The position numbers and the translations under genes were made by a program. A DNA stretch of 64,000 nt from Asterias rubens (lineage: Eukaryota). This document shows, piece after piece, positions 13,555 to 26,206 of the stretch. The DNA lies in NCBI RefSeq assembly GCF_902459465.1, contig NC_047079.1:10168001-10232000 (forward strand), written 5' to 3'. The notes beneath the pieces were generated by a model that was given only the letters and a program-made list of their open reading frames with translations, was not told the DNA's origin and made no database searches. Numbering within the stretch: the first letter of the stretch is position 1; every line of letters begins with the position of its first letter.

Positions 13555-13915
13555 GGGGAGAAGGTTAGGGTGGGGGCAAGGGTAGGGGGTGAGGGGTTAG
13601 GGTGAGGGTTAGAGTGAGAGTTGGAGGAGGGAAAGGGGTTATAGTGGGGGGGAGGGGTTAGGGCGAGGGTTGGGGGTGAGGGTTAGGGTGGGAGTGGGGG
13701 TTAGGTTAGGGGGTGTGGGGTTGGGTGGGGGTGGGGGTGAGGGTGAGGGGTTAGGGCGAGGGTTAGGGTGAGGGGTAGGGTGAGGGCGAGGGTAGAGGTT
13801 AGAGTGGGGGTTAGGGCGAGGGTTAGGGTGAGGGGTAGGGTGAGGGCGAGGGTAGAGGTTAGGGTGGGGGTTAGGGTGGGGGTTAGGGTGGGGGTTAGGG
13901 TAGAAGTGGGGCGAG
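13555..13915 (+). repeat. G-rich, telomere-like (TTAGGG-containing) degenerate repeat; G-quadruplex potential
   Basis: Many GGGTTAGGG / GGGTGAGGG units; two near-identical 60-bp blocks at ~13741-13860. Confidence 0.85.
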
Positions 13916-14038
13916 GTTGGGCTGGAATTTTCGCTTCATTCACCTTTTCTTTTTGAGAGATGAGGATGGTGTGGGCTGGGGTTCCAGGGTGGGGGAGGGG
14001 CTTGATGATGGAGGGGGTTCAATAACGACCCAACTGAC

Positions 14039-14305
14039 CTTGTACATACAGAATCACCTTAGAAGACTGCGACCCAACAATATTCGTGGCCGTACACAAG
14101 TACGTTCCCGCGTCCTGAAGCTGCACCTGAGGGATCGTCATCATCCCTCCTTGAACGACCACCGTGATCGGCAGCTCTCCGTTCTCCCGACTCCATTGGA
14201 TGACGGGTTCCGGATCGCCGCGTGCTTTGCACTCGAACGTGACGGACTCGCCGATGGCGATGAACTGCACTGTCGTGTGGATGCTTATTTTGACAGAAGG
14301 AGCGG
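14039..14305 (-). CDS. HSPG2: Exon 54: Ig11
   Basis: APSVKISIHTTVQFIAIGESVTFECKARGDPEPVIQW...DAGTYLCTATNIVGSQSSKVILYVQ. Confidence 0.93.
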
Positions 14306-14804
14306 CTAAAAGCAAAAAGGTTTTGTAAGCTTTCTACTAGCTAGCTAAAATGGATCGAACGACCCATGCTGTTTATAACTAAGCAAAGTCTGGAACACCG
14401 ACTCCAGTTACTGCAAAATGCTCACTAAAACATTATAATCCCCAGACTAAAGCAAAAGACCTTTTAGTAAATTCTGCATAGAAATATCTAACAGCTCAAT
14501 AAACTTGAAATTGATAGAATAATTGAAATTAATAAAAAAAAAATTAAAAATTGTACTAATTTTATGCAGCTCGATAAAATTGGATAAAATTGCGGTAACA
14601 CCATGTGTGTACAAATGTACTTGCCAGGTAGAGTTTGTTCTTAGAGAACTGTCTTGCTTTATTAGTAGAATAAAGTAGAATAAAGCAAGACACTTCTCTA
14701 CGAACAAACTCTACTGAAGAAATACTGAAGAACTGTCAAATCTATGAGCACAAAAAAGACAGAAGATACGTTTGACCTTACTCTAGACCACAACATTAAG
14801 TTAC

Positions 14805-14902
14805 CTTGAAGAGATAGTCTGGTATACGCTTTGGAGGAACCAGCAGTGCTGTTGGCTGTACAGATGTAGCGACCCTCGTCCCCAATCTGTAAATTCTTGA
14901 TG
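14805..14902 (-). CDS. HSPG2: Exon 53: Ig10 C-part
   Basis: IKNLQIGDEGRYICTANSTAGSSKAYTRLSLQ; phase 2-1. Confidence 0.92.
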
Positions 14903-15337
14903 CTGGAAACAAAGATGTCAAAAACAAATTACCAATCAACAATCCATGTCTCTTTGACGATTTTGATTCTAGTTTTAATTTTCTTTCAACACAAGTTTGG
15001 AACAGGCTGCCAAGTGGTTAAGAGCATCAGAATCAAGCTTTGGTGTATCTGATCAGCTGAGTGTCGATTTGAATCCCAGTCTTGACACCTGTGTCCTTAA
15101 GCAAGACACTTAACCATTATGCTTCGTCCTCGGATTGGGCGTGAAGTCCTGTACGTCATGTAACACATGTTAAAGAACCCAGTGCAGTCACTGCAACAAA
15201 TCTGCAAGAGTTCCAGAGATCGAGCAGCACTGCCAGCTATAAGAGGGATGGAGCTTCCAATCTCTCTCAGGACATATTGAAAACATCACATTCTATTAAG
15301 CAAAATCTAAACCCTCAAAAAATCTAAAACTTTATAC

Positions 15338-15500
15338 CTCAGAAGTCCGCTCTGTATGCTGTGCTGTACTGGCAGGAACCCTTCTTCTTTCTCCCAGATG
15401 ATCACCGGTGGAGGACTACCAGTTGCTTGACACATGAACTCTACCGATGCTCCAATAGCCCTGGTTTCGCTAGCTGGGTGGACTACAACAGTTGGTGGAA
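15338..15500 (-). CDS. HSPG2: Exon 52: Ig10 N-part
   Basis: PPTVVVHPASETRAIGASVEFMCQATGSPPPVIIWEKEEGFLPVQHSIQSGLL; phase 1-2. Confidence 0.92.
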
Positions 15501-15863
15501 CTGGTATCATAAAAAAGTAAAGAAATAAAAATTTAAATTAGTTATATTTCAAAGGGAGGGGGTACGTTCATTATCAAGTGGCTTAGCATTTTTTGTCATG
15601 GAAAAGCTCCATTGAAGAAAAAGGCTAGAACAAAACATCCTTTTCTTCTGACAACTAACACCTGTTATCTTTATGTAACTCCTTTTCCAAACACTGGACT
15701 TAATTGGATCATGCACACACCAGTAGGGCTGCTGACTGCCCCAGGCAGCTTAGCTGCTCATCTTAGGCATGATACTGGGAAAAGGGATGAGTTAGCTTCC
15801 AAGTTTTAAGGAAAAAGTTGGACTAGAGCTTTGCGGTGGGATTGTAGTTCTGTAGATCATTAC

Positions 15864-16011
15864 CTTGGACATATACGTTAGCTGAGGTCTGTCTGTAACC
15901 GGCACTGTTGGACGCTGAGCAGACGTACTGTCCAGCATCGGCCGCCGTTGCCAAGGTGATCTGAATCATCCCATGAGCATCCGAGGCAGTGGGAGGAAGA
16001 GGACCACCAAC
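15864..16011 (-). CDS. HSPG2: Exon 51: Ig9 C-part
   Basis: VGGPLPPTASDAHGMIQITLATAADAGQYVCSASNSAGYRQTSANVYVQ. Confidence 0.92.
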
Positions 16012-16609
16012 CTTAAGAGAAGAAACATTCAAAACCATTGTTAATGTAAAAAAAAAAAATGAACAATTAAAAGTTCTGTCCAGAGGCTCTCCTCTTCAGC
16101 TGGTTGTATAAGAAGGAAAAGACATATATGTATATTTAAAATTTTAGATTAAAAATCTCAAAGTCTCTGAAAAATGTGTATCTTTTTAAACATGACCTGA
16201 AAAAAAAAAACAGCAAACAGGTAGTGAGAAAAGAAAGAAAAACAAAAATAAATGGTTAAGCTGATTATGTATTCTTTAAAAACAGGATGCTGGGTCTCAT
16301 CAAAAGTTATCAAGCTTCAGTACTGGATGGTTTAGAGTTACCCACGACATATTATTATGTCAAATATGGGAAAAATTACACAATAGTTCAGTGAGAGTAA
16401 ATGAGGAGCCCAATCAAATAACATAAATAATAATTTGTAGTTTTGTTCCCAGAAGCATCCTAATTTGCTCCTCTTTTTGTTTTATCTCTTGGCTTGTTGT
16501 TGGGTCTGTTTTTGTTTTGCTTTTGTTCTTGCGTTGCCCTCCCTTTGTTCGGCGCTCTGTCCTTTGTATAGTGCCTTATAAATGCTTTGTATTCTTAATT
16601 GCATTTTAC

Positions 16610-16722
16610 CTTCTGCCATTCATACGTCATTGGGAGTGTTCCTTCAGCAATGCACTGAATCCGAATCATTTCACCAGCACGGACCGTTTGGGAAGCCGGT
16701 GACACCATTGGCCTTGGTGGAA
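16610..16722 (-). CDS. HSPG2: Exon 50: Ig9 N-part
   Basis: PPRPMVSPASQTVRAGEMIRIQCIAEGTLPMTYEWQK. Confidence 0.92.
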
Positions 16723-16946
16723 CTACAGAAAGAAATCACATCAACTTAATTACTGATTAGACCCCCCAGATTATTATGAATGTTTTCATCTGGAACTTTA
16801 AGTGGGTAATGGCAATACCAACACCAAATTTCTCCATCTTTACATTTGTGCCCTGGTCTTTGGGCCAATAACATCTTTCTCAGCTCCCTGGGGAATATAC
16901 ACAGCCCGGGCTACCATGGCACTGCAAACACTTTTTCAAACACACT

Positions 16947-17197
16947 GGGTGCGTTCGATTAGCTTCCCCGTGTCGTCCCCGCGATGCTCACCCAAGTCCC
17001 CCCTGACTAGAGCTAATCCAACGATCACTCACACTTTCGTGGTGACGTCATGCACCCGGGGCCAGCCCCAAAGTCACCCACTCCACAAGCAGGACACTTG
17101 GGGCTGACCCGGGTGAGCCCCTGGAATGACGTCAAAGCTATTTGAATGTACCGGGGGTAGATCGGGGACGACCCAGGGAAGCGAATTGAACGCACCC
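16947..17197. mobile_element. TIR element (MITE)
   Basis: ~34-bp imperfect TIR GGGTGCGTTCGATTAGCTTCCC.. / ..GGGAAGCGAATTGAACGCACCC. Confidence 0.65.
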
Positions 17198-17254
17198 AAT
17201 ATCAACCTCTACCCTCGCAGGTACCCATTTATGCCCCCAGGTGAAGAAACATAC

Positions 17255-17449
17255 CCAGAACGACTAGCGTAACTGCCTGCTGCACTCCGTACTCCACTCC
17301 GAAGGATGTCCTGATGATGCAGTAGTATTGGCCAGAGTATTCCTCTCGCGTCTGGGGGAAGATGAGCAAGCCGTTGTTGACTCTGACCATCGGTGGCATC
17401 ATGCCGATCAGACGACGCCATGTGATGGTGTAAGCACCCTCCACTAAAT
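17255..17449 (-). CDS. HSPG2: Exon 49: Ig8 C-part
   Basis: LVEGAYTITWRRLIGMMPPMVRVNNGLLIFPQTREEYSGQYYCIIRTSFGVEYGVQQAVTLVVL; alternative in-frame AG 6 nt inside. Confidence 0.9.
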
Positions 17450-17539
17450 CTAAAGAGAAAACAAAACAAAAACAATTGTACTAGAACCAGTTTTTTTTTT
17501 AACATTCTCTTTTTGACCCTTCATGTGATAGGTGCTTAA

Positions 17540-17912
17540 AGGCAGTGGACATTATTGGTAACTACTCAAAATAATTATTAGCATAAAACCTTACTTGGTA
17601 ACGAGTAATGCGGAGCTGTTGATAGTATAAAACATTGTGAGAAACAGCTCCCTCTGAAGTGGAGCAGTTTTCAAGAAAAAAAGTAATTTTCCACGAATTT
17701 GATTTCAGATTTAGAACTTGAGGTCTCGAAATCAGGCATCTGAAAGCACACAACTCCATGTTACAAGGGTATTTTTTCTTTCATTATTATTTCGCAACTT
17801 CGATGACCGATTGCGAGCTCAAATTTTCACAGGTTTGTTATTTTATGCATATGTTGAAATACACCAAGTGAGAAGACTGGTCTTTGACAATTACCAATAG
17901 TGTCCAGTGTCT
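17540..17912. mobile_element. TTAA-flanked MITE, family A
   Basis: Same TIRs, TTAA on both sides, same internal sequence. Confidence 0.82.
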
Positions 17913-17962
17913 TTAAACCTCCCATATGAGGAGGGTTAATATTTAAGAGCAAACATTCTTAC

Positions 17963-18064
17963 TTGTTGCGCGGCAGCTGAACTGAGCAGATTCACCCTCG
18001 ACGACTTCCAGTTCATCGATAGATACTTCAATTCGAGGAGTTACTGGCTCGTTTCCTTCAACAA
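17963..18064 (-). CDS. HSPG2: Exon 48: Ig8 N-part
   Basis: VEGNEPVTPRIEVSIDELEVVEGESAQFSCRAT. Confidence 0.9.
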
Positions 18065-18460
18065 CTGCAAAACAAAGAGGAAATTATTTAACCATTTACA
18101 AATAAATCAGAGACCTCTCTCCATCCAGATGAATACTCATGTCTATTAGTGCCTTTTTTTTTTTTTTTTTTTTTGCAAGTCGCCAGAGACACACAAGGCC
18201 TGAAGGCCACTTCAAGGTGTGGGCTACAATTATTTGTTTCCAGAGGCCATTGCCACCTACTCCTAGGGCTGAAACAGGGTTACCCCTTTCACAGTCCATA
18301 CGAATGTAGGCTTGGGTATCATCAGTCTGAAGCCTGGCCGGTAGAGCAGAAAGCACTACCTCCCCAATTTTGTCCTGTGTGCACTGTTGTACTGCAGCGA
18401 GTCATCAACCACATACCGTCGCCAAGAGCGTCATCTTAACTCCTTTCACTTCCAATCCTT

Positions 18461-18686
18461 GGAGCCAATTTCATAGAGCTGCTTAAGCAAAACATTTGGT
18501 TAAGCACGAAAATAGCTTGATTATTTTACACATGTTACTGGCAAAAATTTCATGCCATATACATTGCTTGTGACTTGTATTTAGCTATTGTTTACTGAGC
18601 ACAACAATTGAGTGGAGTCTTGGCCGGTATTCTGATTTTACTAAGCATGGATTATTTTGCTTAAGCAGCTCTATGAAATTGGGCCC
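18461..18686. mobile_element. MITE family with GGGCCCAATTTCAT TIR (Harbinger/Tourist-like)
   Basis: GGAGCCAATTTCATAGAGCTGCTTAAGC ... GCTTAAGCAGCTCTATGAAATTGGGCCC; copies at ~12818-12965, 19954-20125, 21319-21450, 23094-23328, 31669-31911, 52271-52465. Confidence 0.75.
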
Positions 18687-19144
18687 TGCTCACTGTCCTT
18701 GGTATCTCAAACCAATAGACCTCTTTATATAATGTCAAACAGTCCCCCCTCTCTCGGGTCAATGAAGGGCTATCATTGGCTGAGAGTCGTGCGGAGCACA
18801 GACACACATGCACGTTGCCATTGTTTATCATCAAAGTAGCGGCCGAAAAAAGTTTACTAACAAACTTGAAAAAACTTCTTCTTTTTTTCTTTTTTTTTCA
18901 AAGGAGCTGAAGCTCATTAATTTTGGTTTTACCCTTCATCTGCCGATGTGTGTTAGTACTGTATACTCAGTACTTTCCTGAGTTCTGTGCAAACAAAATT
19001 CACAGGCATATTACTCAAGTGGGATTCCAACCCACATCCTTTGAAAATCTAGAGCAAACTAGGCCACCATGTTTTTTTTATCCCTGATGCAAATCATTCT
19101 ACTAAAACGGAGGTGAAGCCACTGAATATTTTTCAAGAACTTAC

Positions 19145-19450
19145 CGTCCACCCTCAGTTCCTTCTCATGGAACCCGACGGCGTTCTCAGCACGGCACATA
19201 TAGCTCCCGGCATCGCCCATGTCAACACCGTTTATCCTATAGATGACGCTTCCTTCATTCTCCGACGCTATTTCAAGCCCGTCGCCTGCAAGCTCGTTGC
19301 GTGTTACAGGCTCGTAGACTCTCGTTGGGCCCATCTTCATCCATTGGACAGAGGGCATGGGTTGCCCTGTGGCTACACATTCCAAGATGGCGGTCTCCCC
19401 AACTCGATACTCCGCTGGGCTGGCCGGGCTAATATCAACTCGAGGTGGTC
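19145..19450 (-). CDS. HSPG2: Exon 47: Ig7
   Basis: PPRVDISPASPAEYRVGETAILECVATGQPMPSVQW...DAGSYMCRAENAVGFHEKELRVD. Confidence 0.93.
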
Positions 19451-20139
19451 CTGTAGTTCATGAACAAAAAATTGTATCTTTTTTAAGGCCCAGTAAAAAA
19501 AAAAACATGTTTCACGTCCCGGTTTTTCAAAAAAAGGAGGAAGAGGGAGATTTTTTATTTCAAGATGGCCGCCATTCTTTGTTAAAATGTAAAATATCCA
19601 TTGTTTTTTCTACTGCTGAAATACACAAAACATAACTGAAACAATTTAGTCGAGGCATTCAGACAAGACATTCAGATTGTTTTTGCTGAGATCATTTAAA
19701 ATAACCCTATTTAAATAAATACCAAAAAAAAAAAAATAAAAAGAAAAAGGAGGCGGCCTGTAAAAAGGAAGCGGGCAGGGACGCTAAACATGTTTCTTTT
19801 TTTTTACTTGGCCTAAAGTATATTTTAAACAAATAATAGTAGCCATTTATAATTTTGTTACAGCGATAAAACAGAGCCTTACCAGTGTTCTTCATTTTTT
19901 GAATAGACTACCCTAGGTTTTCATAGCACCATGTTAGCGTTATTACGACATCTGGGCCCAATTTCATAAAGCTGTTAAGCAGAAAACTAAGCAAGAAATG
20001 ACTAAGGTACCACTCGCAGCAGTGCTAGCTGTATGGTTTTCAGGCTGGTAACCCAATTTTGCTAGGCAAATGTTTTTGTGCTAAACAAGTTTTTGTGCTT
20101 ACATGCTTAATATGAAACTGGACCCAGTATTCTTGTCTT

Positions 20140-20452
20140 ATAGCCTCGTCAATATCTTCTGACTGATCCGAGATCTTATCGCTCCTGGGGAGACGGATCT
20201 TTCATTAATGCTGTCCCTCGTCTTTGGAACAACCTTCCTCAAAACATTCACTCTATTTCAACCATCAACTCCTTCAAAACTTCTCTTAAAACTCACCTCA
20301 TGTTAATTGCCTACAACGACAGAGTTTAATTATGTCTTGTTTTTCAGTCAATTGTTCCTTTTTGTCGCGCATTGAGCGCCTACTTGTTAGGCGGCTATGT
20401 TGCGCATTAAAAGTTCTTATATTATTATTATCTTTGATATTATTATTATCCT
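20140..20452 (+). mobile_element. 3' end of an L2/CR1-group LINE
   Basis: GDGSFINAVPRLWNNLPQNIHSISTINSFKTSLKTHL, then a UTR ending in (ATT)n. Confidence 0.8.
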
Positions 20453-20464
20453 GTTTGATCTTAC

Positions 20465-20582
20465 CATGGACTGTTAGGGTGACTGTTTGCTGAACTGAAC
20501 CAGCTGTGCTGTTAGCTGTACAGATGTATGAACCTTGTTCTTGAGTTGTAGCAGATATGAATGTAAGGGTTCCCTGAAGATC
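20465..20582 (-). CDS. HSPG2: Exon 46: Ig6 C-half
   Basis: DLQGTLTFISATTQEQGSYICTANSTAGSVQQTVTLTVH. Confidence 0.92.
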
Positions 20583-21111
20583 CTGTGGAAGGAATATGAT
20601 CAACACAATTGAATCATTAGAAAATGTACTTTATACATGTAAGTCTAAAGCTATGTCCTATTGGACTTTTTTTTATTAAAGTACCGCGACTTTTCTTTAG
20701 AATGACAACAAAAAATCCAATCGGGAAGCATGGTAAACCGACCTCCCTGTCAACTTATTGCAACCATGATGTAAAACTAAAGGGCCAAATGAGGTCACGG
20801 AAGATTTCCCCGCAGTCAACCTACCCTAACCATGCTGTAAAACACTATTCAAACTTCGCGGAATACATGTAGGCCTAAAAGTCCACGTGGTTTTGCGCAG
20901 TAGAATTACACTAAAGCCAGTCAGTAACTTTCCGTGGGGGATCCTTCTTCAAAATAGTTTATACTATCAACACCTGCAGTGCTTCTCAACAAATAAGTTT
21001 TTATGGATTTTCTTTTTTTTTTTGGGGAAGTATTTCCCATTCTATGACTCTACCTTTAAGATTCGACAATCAAATCTTACATTCCTTAGGTCAAGTCACA
21101 AATCAACTTAC

Positions 21112-21272
21112 ATTAGAGTACGTCTGGCCGGTGAAGCCTTCACTTCCGACTCTGCTCCAGTAGACATTGGGTGGAGGAAGACCCGTCGCACGACACTGAA
21201 ACTGAATACCGTCGCCTTCGCTGATAACGGAGGAAGACGAAGGGTATATCTGGATCACTGGTGACTCACGGC
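21112..21272 (-). CDS. HSPG2: Exon 45: Ig6 N-half
   Basis: RESPVIQIYPSSSSVISEGDGIQFQCRATGLPPPNVYWSRVGSEGFTGQTYSN. Confidence 0.92.
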
Positions 21273-21799
21273 CTGCAATAAAAACATTCAAAATTACTCA
21301 AGAGAAATAAACCACAAGGGCCCCTTGTTTATAGCTTTAACAGAAAACTATTGCTTGACAATTTTCTGCTAAGCAAAAAGAAGCAGGACACCAGTCGCAG
21401 ATGGTACATGTGGTAATGGTGTTTTGGCTGGCTACTCTATGAAATTGGGCGCTCTCTGGTAGTTCTGGAATATGTGCCGGGACAATAGCCTAATTACCAT
21501 ATTTGAATCAATATAAGGTACTTCATCAATAATGACTGTATCTAAAAATGTCTCAAAGCCTTCATCATTATTTATTTTCAGACAGGTTACCTTCTTAGTG
21601 TAACAAGGAGGTGGGCGCAGAACACCCCAAGAAATATTCAAGAAAAAACCCATGCAAGCTGGTAGGGACTGTAAAACCAAATCCACAGAGTGTCCCTGGT
21701 AGGATTCAAACCAGGGTTCTAGAGGTGTGAAGGCGAAGAAAGATACCGCTACGCCAAACGCCCCCCCCCCACCCCCATAGTTGATGAAGCTCTACTTAC

Positions 21800-21917
21800 G
21801 TTCTATAATGATCTCAACACTGTACTCAAAGTAGCCTCTGACATTATCGGCACGGCAGGTGTAAAAATCGGCGTCCAACTGAGAAGCGTCGCGAATCTGC
21901 AACATGTTGCCAGATAC
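21800..21917 (-). CDS. HSPG2: Exon 44: Ig5 C-half
   Basis: VSGNMLQIRDASQLDADFYTCRADNVRGYFEYSVEIIIE; a second in-frame AG lies 21 nt inside (start 21896). Confidence 0.88.
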
Positions 21918-22439
21918 CTGAACCCCAAAAATAATAATTGATAAAAAAATTCACAAATATTCGTTACAGTTAAACTATTTTGACTGGTCAAGAGGAGATC
22001 ACGTGGTCATGTTCAAACATGCGATACGAACACGGTAAGGAGTGTTTAAACCAACTTGTAGCACAGTTTAAATAACAAAAACAAGGAAATCAGCTTTTCA
22101 GCTAGTGGGAAATAAAGCAAAATTGAAAACAACTAAAACTGTGAGAAATGTGTCTAATTTAGTGAAAACACAACAAACATTCATCCAATTTTAAAGATTT
22201 TATGCATTTTCATGTCGCGACAATTAAAATCATTTGCAATAAAAACCATCTTCAATAAATCTTGAACCCACGATTCTAATTGGTCAATCAATGGCAACAA
22301 CAGTGTAACATTTTAGTATTGCACAATCCACATCATATGTAATGTGTTCGAACTTGCATATTGCGCTATTTCAAGCTGCGCGTCAAGTTTGCTCGATGAT
22401 AAACTCTACAATAACAAGGAGCAATTGTTTACAACATAC

Positions 22440-22591
22440 CACATGGTTTGCTCGGAGAGGTCCCCCGCGTCGAGACCATGTGACAGTCGGTGCTGGGGTA
22501 CCACTGACAATGCAACGTAGGACCTGGGTCGTCCCGTACCGGATAATGGCACCTTGAGGTTCAATCCGGGCAGTTGGTGCAATTGTATTGT
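22440..22591 (-). CDS. HSPG2: Exon 43: Ig5 N-half
   Basis: NTIAPTARIEPQGAIIRYGTTQVLRCIVSGTPAPTVTWSRRGGPLRANHV. Confidence 0.92.
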
Positions 22592-23340
22592 CTGTGAAAC
22601 GATGAAAAGAGAAAAGGTAGTATCAAACGTTTCGTAAATCATCCATTCAAATCCTACCAGAGTTTGTCAATGACAAACTTGGGGGTGGGTACTCACCAGT
22701 TAGAGAGTGAGCAGTTTTACATACACTAGCACCATATATTGGTTTACAAGATGCTGTGGTACAATATGCAGCCAATCAAACCAGGAACACCGGGGGTGAA
22801 CCTCTTTTCTTACAATGAGTGCACTCAGTTCTTTTATATGCATTGCATTACACAACACACAGGACCTAAGGCTCTACATCCCATCTGAAGGACGAAGCAA
22901 TAGTGATTATTAAGTGTATTGTTTCAGATTAAAAGTGTCTAGACCGGGACTCAAACCCACACTCGGCTGATCAGAAACCACAGAGTTTAATCTGGTGCTC
23001 TAACCACTCGGCCACGACACAAAACAAAAAGTGAAGATACAAAAGAGCAAATCATCGCTGATCCGCTAAAAAGTTGCATGGCCATAAGACAAGGGGCCCA
23101 ATTTCATGGCTCCGAACTGCGCGCTTATGATCACGCATTCGCCGTTTACCTGCAAGCGCCAAATTTCTGCGTTAGCTGTGTATGAGTAGAATGCCAAGTA
23201 ACATGAAGTACGCACGCACACAAGCCAAAATTCCCTGCTAACTCGTGAAATACGCTTGATATAAGGACGGAATTCTGTGCTAAGCGCCGATTCTGTGCTT
23301 ACAGTAAGCAGACCCATGAGATTGGGCCTGGTATTCTCAC

Positions 23341-23616
23341 CTCGGTTGACCCTTATATCAATCTCTCCACTCTGTGAACCGATGGGGTTAGTAGCAGTGC
23401 AGATATACACCCCTTGGTCCTCATATCGGACATCTGGGATGATCAGGTATCCATTCTCCTGCCTTGACTGCGATGGTAGGGGGAAGCCGCCCTGGCGGGT
23501 CCACCTCACAACTGGTGGTGGATCCCCGGATGCTGTACAGTACAGGACGGCTCTGGCGCCCTCCGTCAGCTCTTGTTGTTCCAGCGTATCTATGTTGACT
23601 TTGGGAAGGCGAGAGG
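23341..23616 (-). CDS. HSPG2: Exon 42: Ig4
   Basis: LPKVNIDTLEQQELTEGARAVLYCTASGDPPPVVRW...DQGVYICTATNPIGSQSGEIDIRVNR. Confidence 0.93.
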
Positions 23617-23951
23617 CTGAAAATAGAATCAGAAGTGAGTTGTGATTTTTTTTAAAGGACAAATGAAAATACTTCAGGGAACAAATGTTATAATGTCAGC
23701 CTTAGAACTCACTGATTACAAATGTTCATGTCAATCTTGCAAATAAACTGTAGCGAGCTTTAGTCAGTCAATTTGGGCACTGCCTTACTGTACATGGGAT
23801 TATTTTTTAGGAACCATGTCAAAAGAAGTCCAGGATAACCAATTGTTAATGGCCTGATCTTTCGGCTCTAGAAGAGTCTTTCTTACAGCTAAATCAATTG
23901 GTCAATTTGTGAAAAGCTCAAGTGAGACTGCAAAATGTACACTGTACTCAC

Positions 23952-24224
23952 CTCTGACGTACAGAACAACGCGATAGCTCGCTGAGCCCTCAGAGTTAAC
24001 AGCTTCACAGAAATACTCAGCCTCGTCAGAGCGTTCAACATTTTCGATTCGGAACACCCCGTCGGTGAAGGAGGCCCTCGGGCTCAGTATTCCACCGGTG
24101 CCACCTCTCCAAGACAATTCCGGTGAGGGGTTGCCGTCGGCGATGCAGGAGAACTCGATACTGTCTCCTTCTTCTGCCTCGATGAACCGTGGCTCGATGC
24201 GAACGGTGGGTGAACGGAAAGAAG
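23952..24224 (-). CDS. HSPG2: Exon 41: Ig3
   Basis: SPTVRIEPRFIEAEEGDSIEFSCIADGNPSPELSW...DEAEYFCEAVNSEGSASYRVVLYVR. Confidence 0.93.
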
Positions 24225-24479
24225 CTTAAAAGGGGTGCAAGTATTTGAAAAAAGGTTTTCAACATTTTATCACCTTTGTCCGGATTTTGTGGTGACAGGT
24301 TGAATCTTAATGTGATCAGAGACGAAAAATATTCAAAGAGCTCAGGTTGAGCTGAGACTAGTTCTGTACTAAGAAACATGGATGTGCTGAAGCTACTGGC
24401 TGAATCTGAGCAAGATCGGATTCGAACAATCTTCAAAGTGTAAAGTTAGCAAGAATGAAAATGAACAGTATCGACTTAC

Positions 24480-24654
24480 AAATCACACGAAGTCTGGCGT
24501 TGGCCTGGTCTGTGTCATGCATGTTTGAGCCAGTACAGACGTAAATTCCCTGGTCCTCTTCAGTCACCAATGGAATAGTGAGCTTGCCCATGATGTCTCT
24601 TGCATTAGGTGGGAGGTTACCACCTTGTCTGTTCCAAGCTAGTGTGTATGCAAC
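24480..24654 (-). CDS. HSPG2: Exon 40: Ig2 C-part
   Basis: VAYTLAWNRQGGNLPPNARDIMGKLTIPLVTEEDQGIYVCTGSNMHDTDQANARLRVI. Confidence 0.92.
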
Positions 24655-25825
24655 CTACAAGGGTAGAAAGAGGGTTGAATGTATAAGTAGGATTTGAAGC
24701 ACTGAAGCAGCGCATGGTAGGAATACAATCAAGTTACATGTAGGTTGATGACAGACCTCTATGTGGGTTTCCAAAGGTTTTCCTTCCGTTCCCAGCCTAG
24801 GTGTTTTTATTCTGGGGGCATAGAACCCAGTCGTCTCTCCCAAGGACGATGCCAACACTCCACTTCATGAGGCAGAGCACTTAGCTATAAATAGACCTGA
24901 ATGGGGACGGTTTTCCAAGGAGGCCAAGGGACACCTAGTCTTAAGCAGCTGATGAAGTAAGTATACAACGATGTGTGTTTAACACACATCGGTGTACACT
25001 TACTTTTTAGCACTGTACACTAAGTAATTTCCCAAGTTGACCGGTTCTTAATTTTCTTTATTAGCCATGGTGGTTCTGAGATGAGAAGAACTGGTGCCTT
25101 CTTCTCCAAACCAAACAGCTAATAAAGAGAACTATTTGCATGGTGTCTCCGTAAACAACACCTGACCAAAATATACAAGGGCCAAGAACAAGTCCGTGTG
25201 GCACCATCTAAACATCTTTTAAATAAACTGTATGGCTAGTAACAATAAAACACACAGAGGACACAAAACAAACATTCTCAAAATTAGGAAAGTTAAACAA
25301 AAAATCTTAATAGATTCCAAGATGCTATTATTTCATTGCAATCATCAAAATAAGATGAGGGCCAAATAGGGAGCCTTGTGAAACCCTTTTATAATGTAAA
25401 CCGTGCACCTCTCTGTAGCATTCAATTATGAGAAGATAAAAAGGAAAGATGTTTAAGAAAGTAAGAAAGACAGGTATCAGTAAACATTAACTTATCAGCA
25501 AAGAAAGAATTACATGTACATGGAAGATGGAGAAGTAAAAGGAGGAAGGAGGAAGTCAAAGAGAAATAAAAATAAAGGAAGGAAAGAAAAAAGTAGGAAG
25601 AAAAAAGAAAGAAAGGTGATAAATTTTGACAAGCTTTCAAAGACTGTTGACCAGCCAGTTTAAAAAGGATAATACAGGATGAGATCCAGGCCCACTGACG
25701 AAGCCATGTGGAACCTCACTTAAACAAAATACATGCGTTTATTGAGTCTAATAAGAATAAGAAAATCAAGTTCAATCCAAGATGCTGTTGACAAATCCTG
25801 TTTGTACGTGTAAACAGAGAAATGA

Positions 25826-26035
25826 TAAGGGCTTATAGTAGACCCTTGAGGAACCCTGATGCAAGATTAACATGCATTTTGACCCTTAGCACTGAGACAT
25901 CACACGCAGCTACAAAATGTGCATGGTCGGCCATTTTTGGAGTTCAAATGCAAGATGTGCGCAACAATCAGGGCTTATAGTAGACCCTTGAGGAACTCTG
26001 TCGTATGACTAAGATGCATATTGACTCTAAGCAGC
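25826..26035. repeat. Local direct duplication
   Basis: agggcttatagtagacccttgaggaac occurs at ~25828 and ~25971, followed by similar sequence. Confidence 0.7.
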
Positions 26036-26206
26036 TACATGTACCATATGAGCATGGAGTCCAAACGCATGGTGTGCATGTACAGGCAAGCGTGTCGCCT
26101 AAATTGCGCACTGCACAGAAATACAAGGATAATCTGAACCTCAAATTGTCCGGATTTGTTTAGAGATGGCATCACGTGAATTGGGTCAACACTTAGTCCG
26201 TGTCTG

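Noticed and set aside
13701-13956. PTLT- and VRVR-repeat ORFs on both strands
   Set aside because: Translation of the G-rich repeat; no credible start or splice context.
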